Shown here one piece after another: positions 63,039 through 64,000 of a stretch of 64,000 nt of DNA (the stretch's first letter is position 1; the number at the start of each line of letters is the position of its first letter). The DNA comes from Octopus sinensis. Its lineage: Eukaryota. The translations under genes and the position numbers were made by a program. The DNA is taken from NCBI RefSeq assembly GCF_006345805.1, contig NC_043021.1, positions 4,898,001 to 4,962,000 of the forward strand. The letters are read 5' to 3'. Under the pieces are notes generated by a model. It was given only the letters and a program-made list of their open reading frames with translations. It made no database searches and had not been told where the DNA came from.

Positions 63039-63892
63039 TGAATCGAACGGCTTTTGTGTGTTTCTTAAATGGCTTACAAACACCTTCCACGCTGCAATTG
63101 TTTTCGTTTCATCACACGATCTCAGATCAAATCACTTGCTATGCAAGTATATCTCCATCATTCCAATACTCTTTGCACAAAAAAATACCCCTTATATCCA
63201 TAAAAGCCTGCTTTGCTAATCCAATTCCAATTCTGCACTTGATGTCCTTATCTGACCTTCCGTCTGTTGTTATCCAACTACCCAGATATATGAAACTGAC
63301 CTTCTGCTCTATCCCCGTTCCATTCACCGTGAAGCGATATACAGGTACTTGTGCTTTCTTGGTACAGACCATTGAGAATGTTTTCTGGCATTTAATCGTC
63401 AGTCCAAGCTTTCCAATCTCCTCAGTCACGATATTGATCAATCCCTGAAGGTTCTCTTCTGTGCCTGCAAACAAAGCCGTATCGTCTGCGTACCTCAGAT
63501 TGTTATAATTCCTTTCCCCCAGCCGTAGCCCAGCAATTGTCTTGATCTTACTTAGAGCTTTCTCACAATACAGGTTGAATAAATCAGGTGGCAAAATACA
63601 ACCCTGCTGGACACCTTGCTGAATGTCAGTCCAGTTGCCCAATACTCCGTGTACTCAGATGGCTGCTTTCTGGTCCCAATACAAATTTCAAATCATTCTT
63701 AGATCATTCCCAGCAATCTCGAGTTCTGCAAACAAATATCTAGTCAAGGAGAAATAATACCTTGCTTGGAAACAAGTGAGGGTTGGAAAAAGGAGGGCAT
63801 CCAGCCATAAAAAATCTGCCTCAACAAATTTTGTCTGACTCATGCAAGCATGGAAAATTAGACATGAAAATGAGGATGATAATGATGATATG

Positions 63893-63934
<42 letters not shown>

Positions 63935-63950
63935 TATATATTATATATAT

Positions 63951-64000
<50 letters not shown>

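Larger units (their letters stand above)
62445..63720 (-). mobile_element. RTE-clade LINE reverse transcriptase remnant
   Basis: GVQQGCILPPDLFNLY..LRYADDTAL..YLGSWITTDGRSDKDIKCRIG..RLLKCYSWSVLTYGCESWT; interrupted by an insertion at about 62901-63158. Confidence 0.9.

Overview
AT-rich, microsatellite- and retroposon-saturated animal genomic DNA. The repeat landscape points to a coleoid cephalopod, most likely Octopus (inference). One protein-coding gene could be assembled by hand: a minus-strand USP5 (isopeptidase T, USP5/USP13 family) with 20 coding exons from 60348 to 18468. All introns are GT-AG and phase-consistent; the CDS is 2439 nt (812 aa plus stop) with intact ZnF-UBP, catalytic Cys/His boxes and two UBA domains. 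The rest is tRNA-derived SINE families, remnants of RTE, CR1, R4/Dong-like and Penelope-like (Naiad-type) retroelements, Tc1/mariner remnants, MITEs, Helitron-like elements, a 5S rRNA pseudogene, a 189-bp tandem repeat and a 100-N gap. The most interesting signal is a set of short ORF-less elements carrying type I hammerhead ribozyme (HHR) folds. Two are well formed with long branched stem II (23283-23387, 31496-31572) and one has a G3-C8 swapped core (62969-63019); several more are degenerate. Three of them sit on or next to a fold-back inverted duplication at their 5' end. Two further near-perfect palindromes (131-bp and about 162-bp arms) lie in USP5 introns. All RNA folds were paired by eye and none has been computed or tested.
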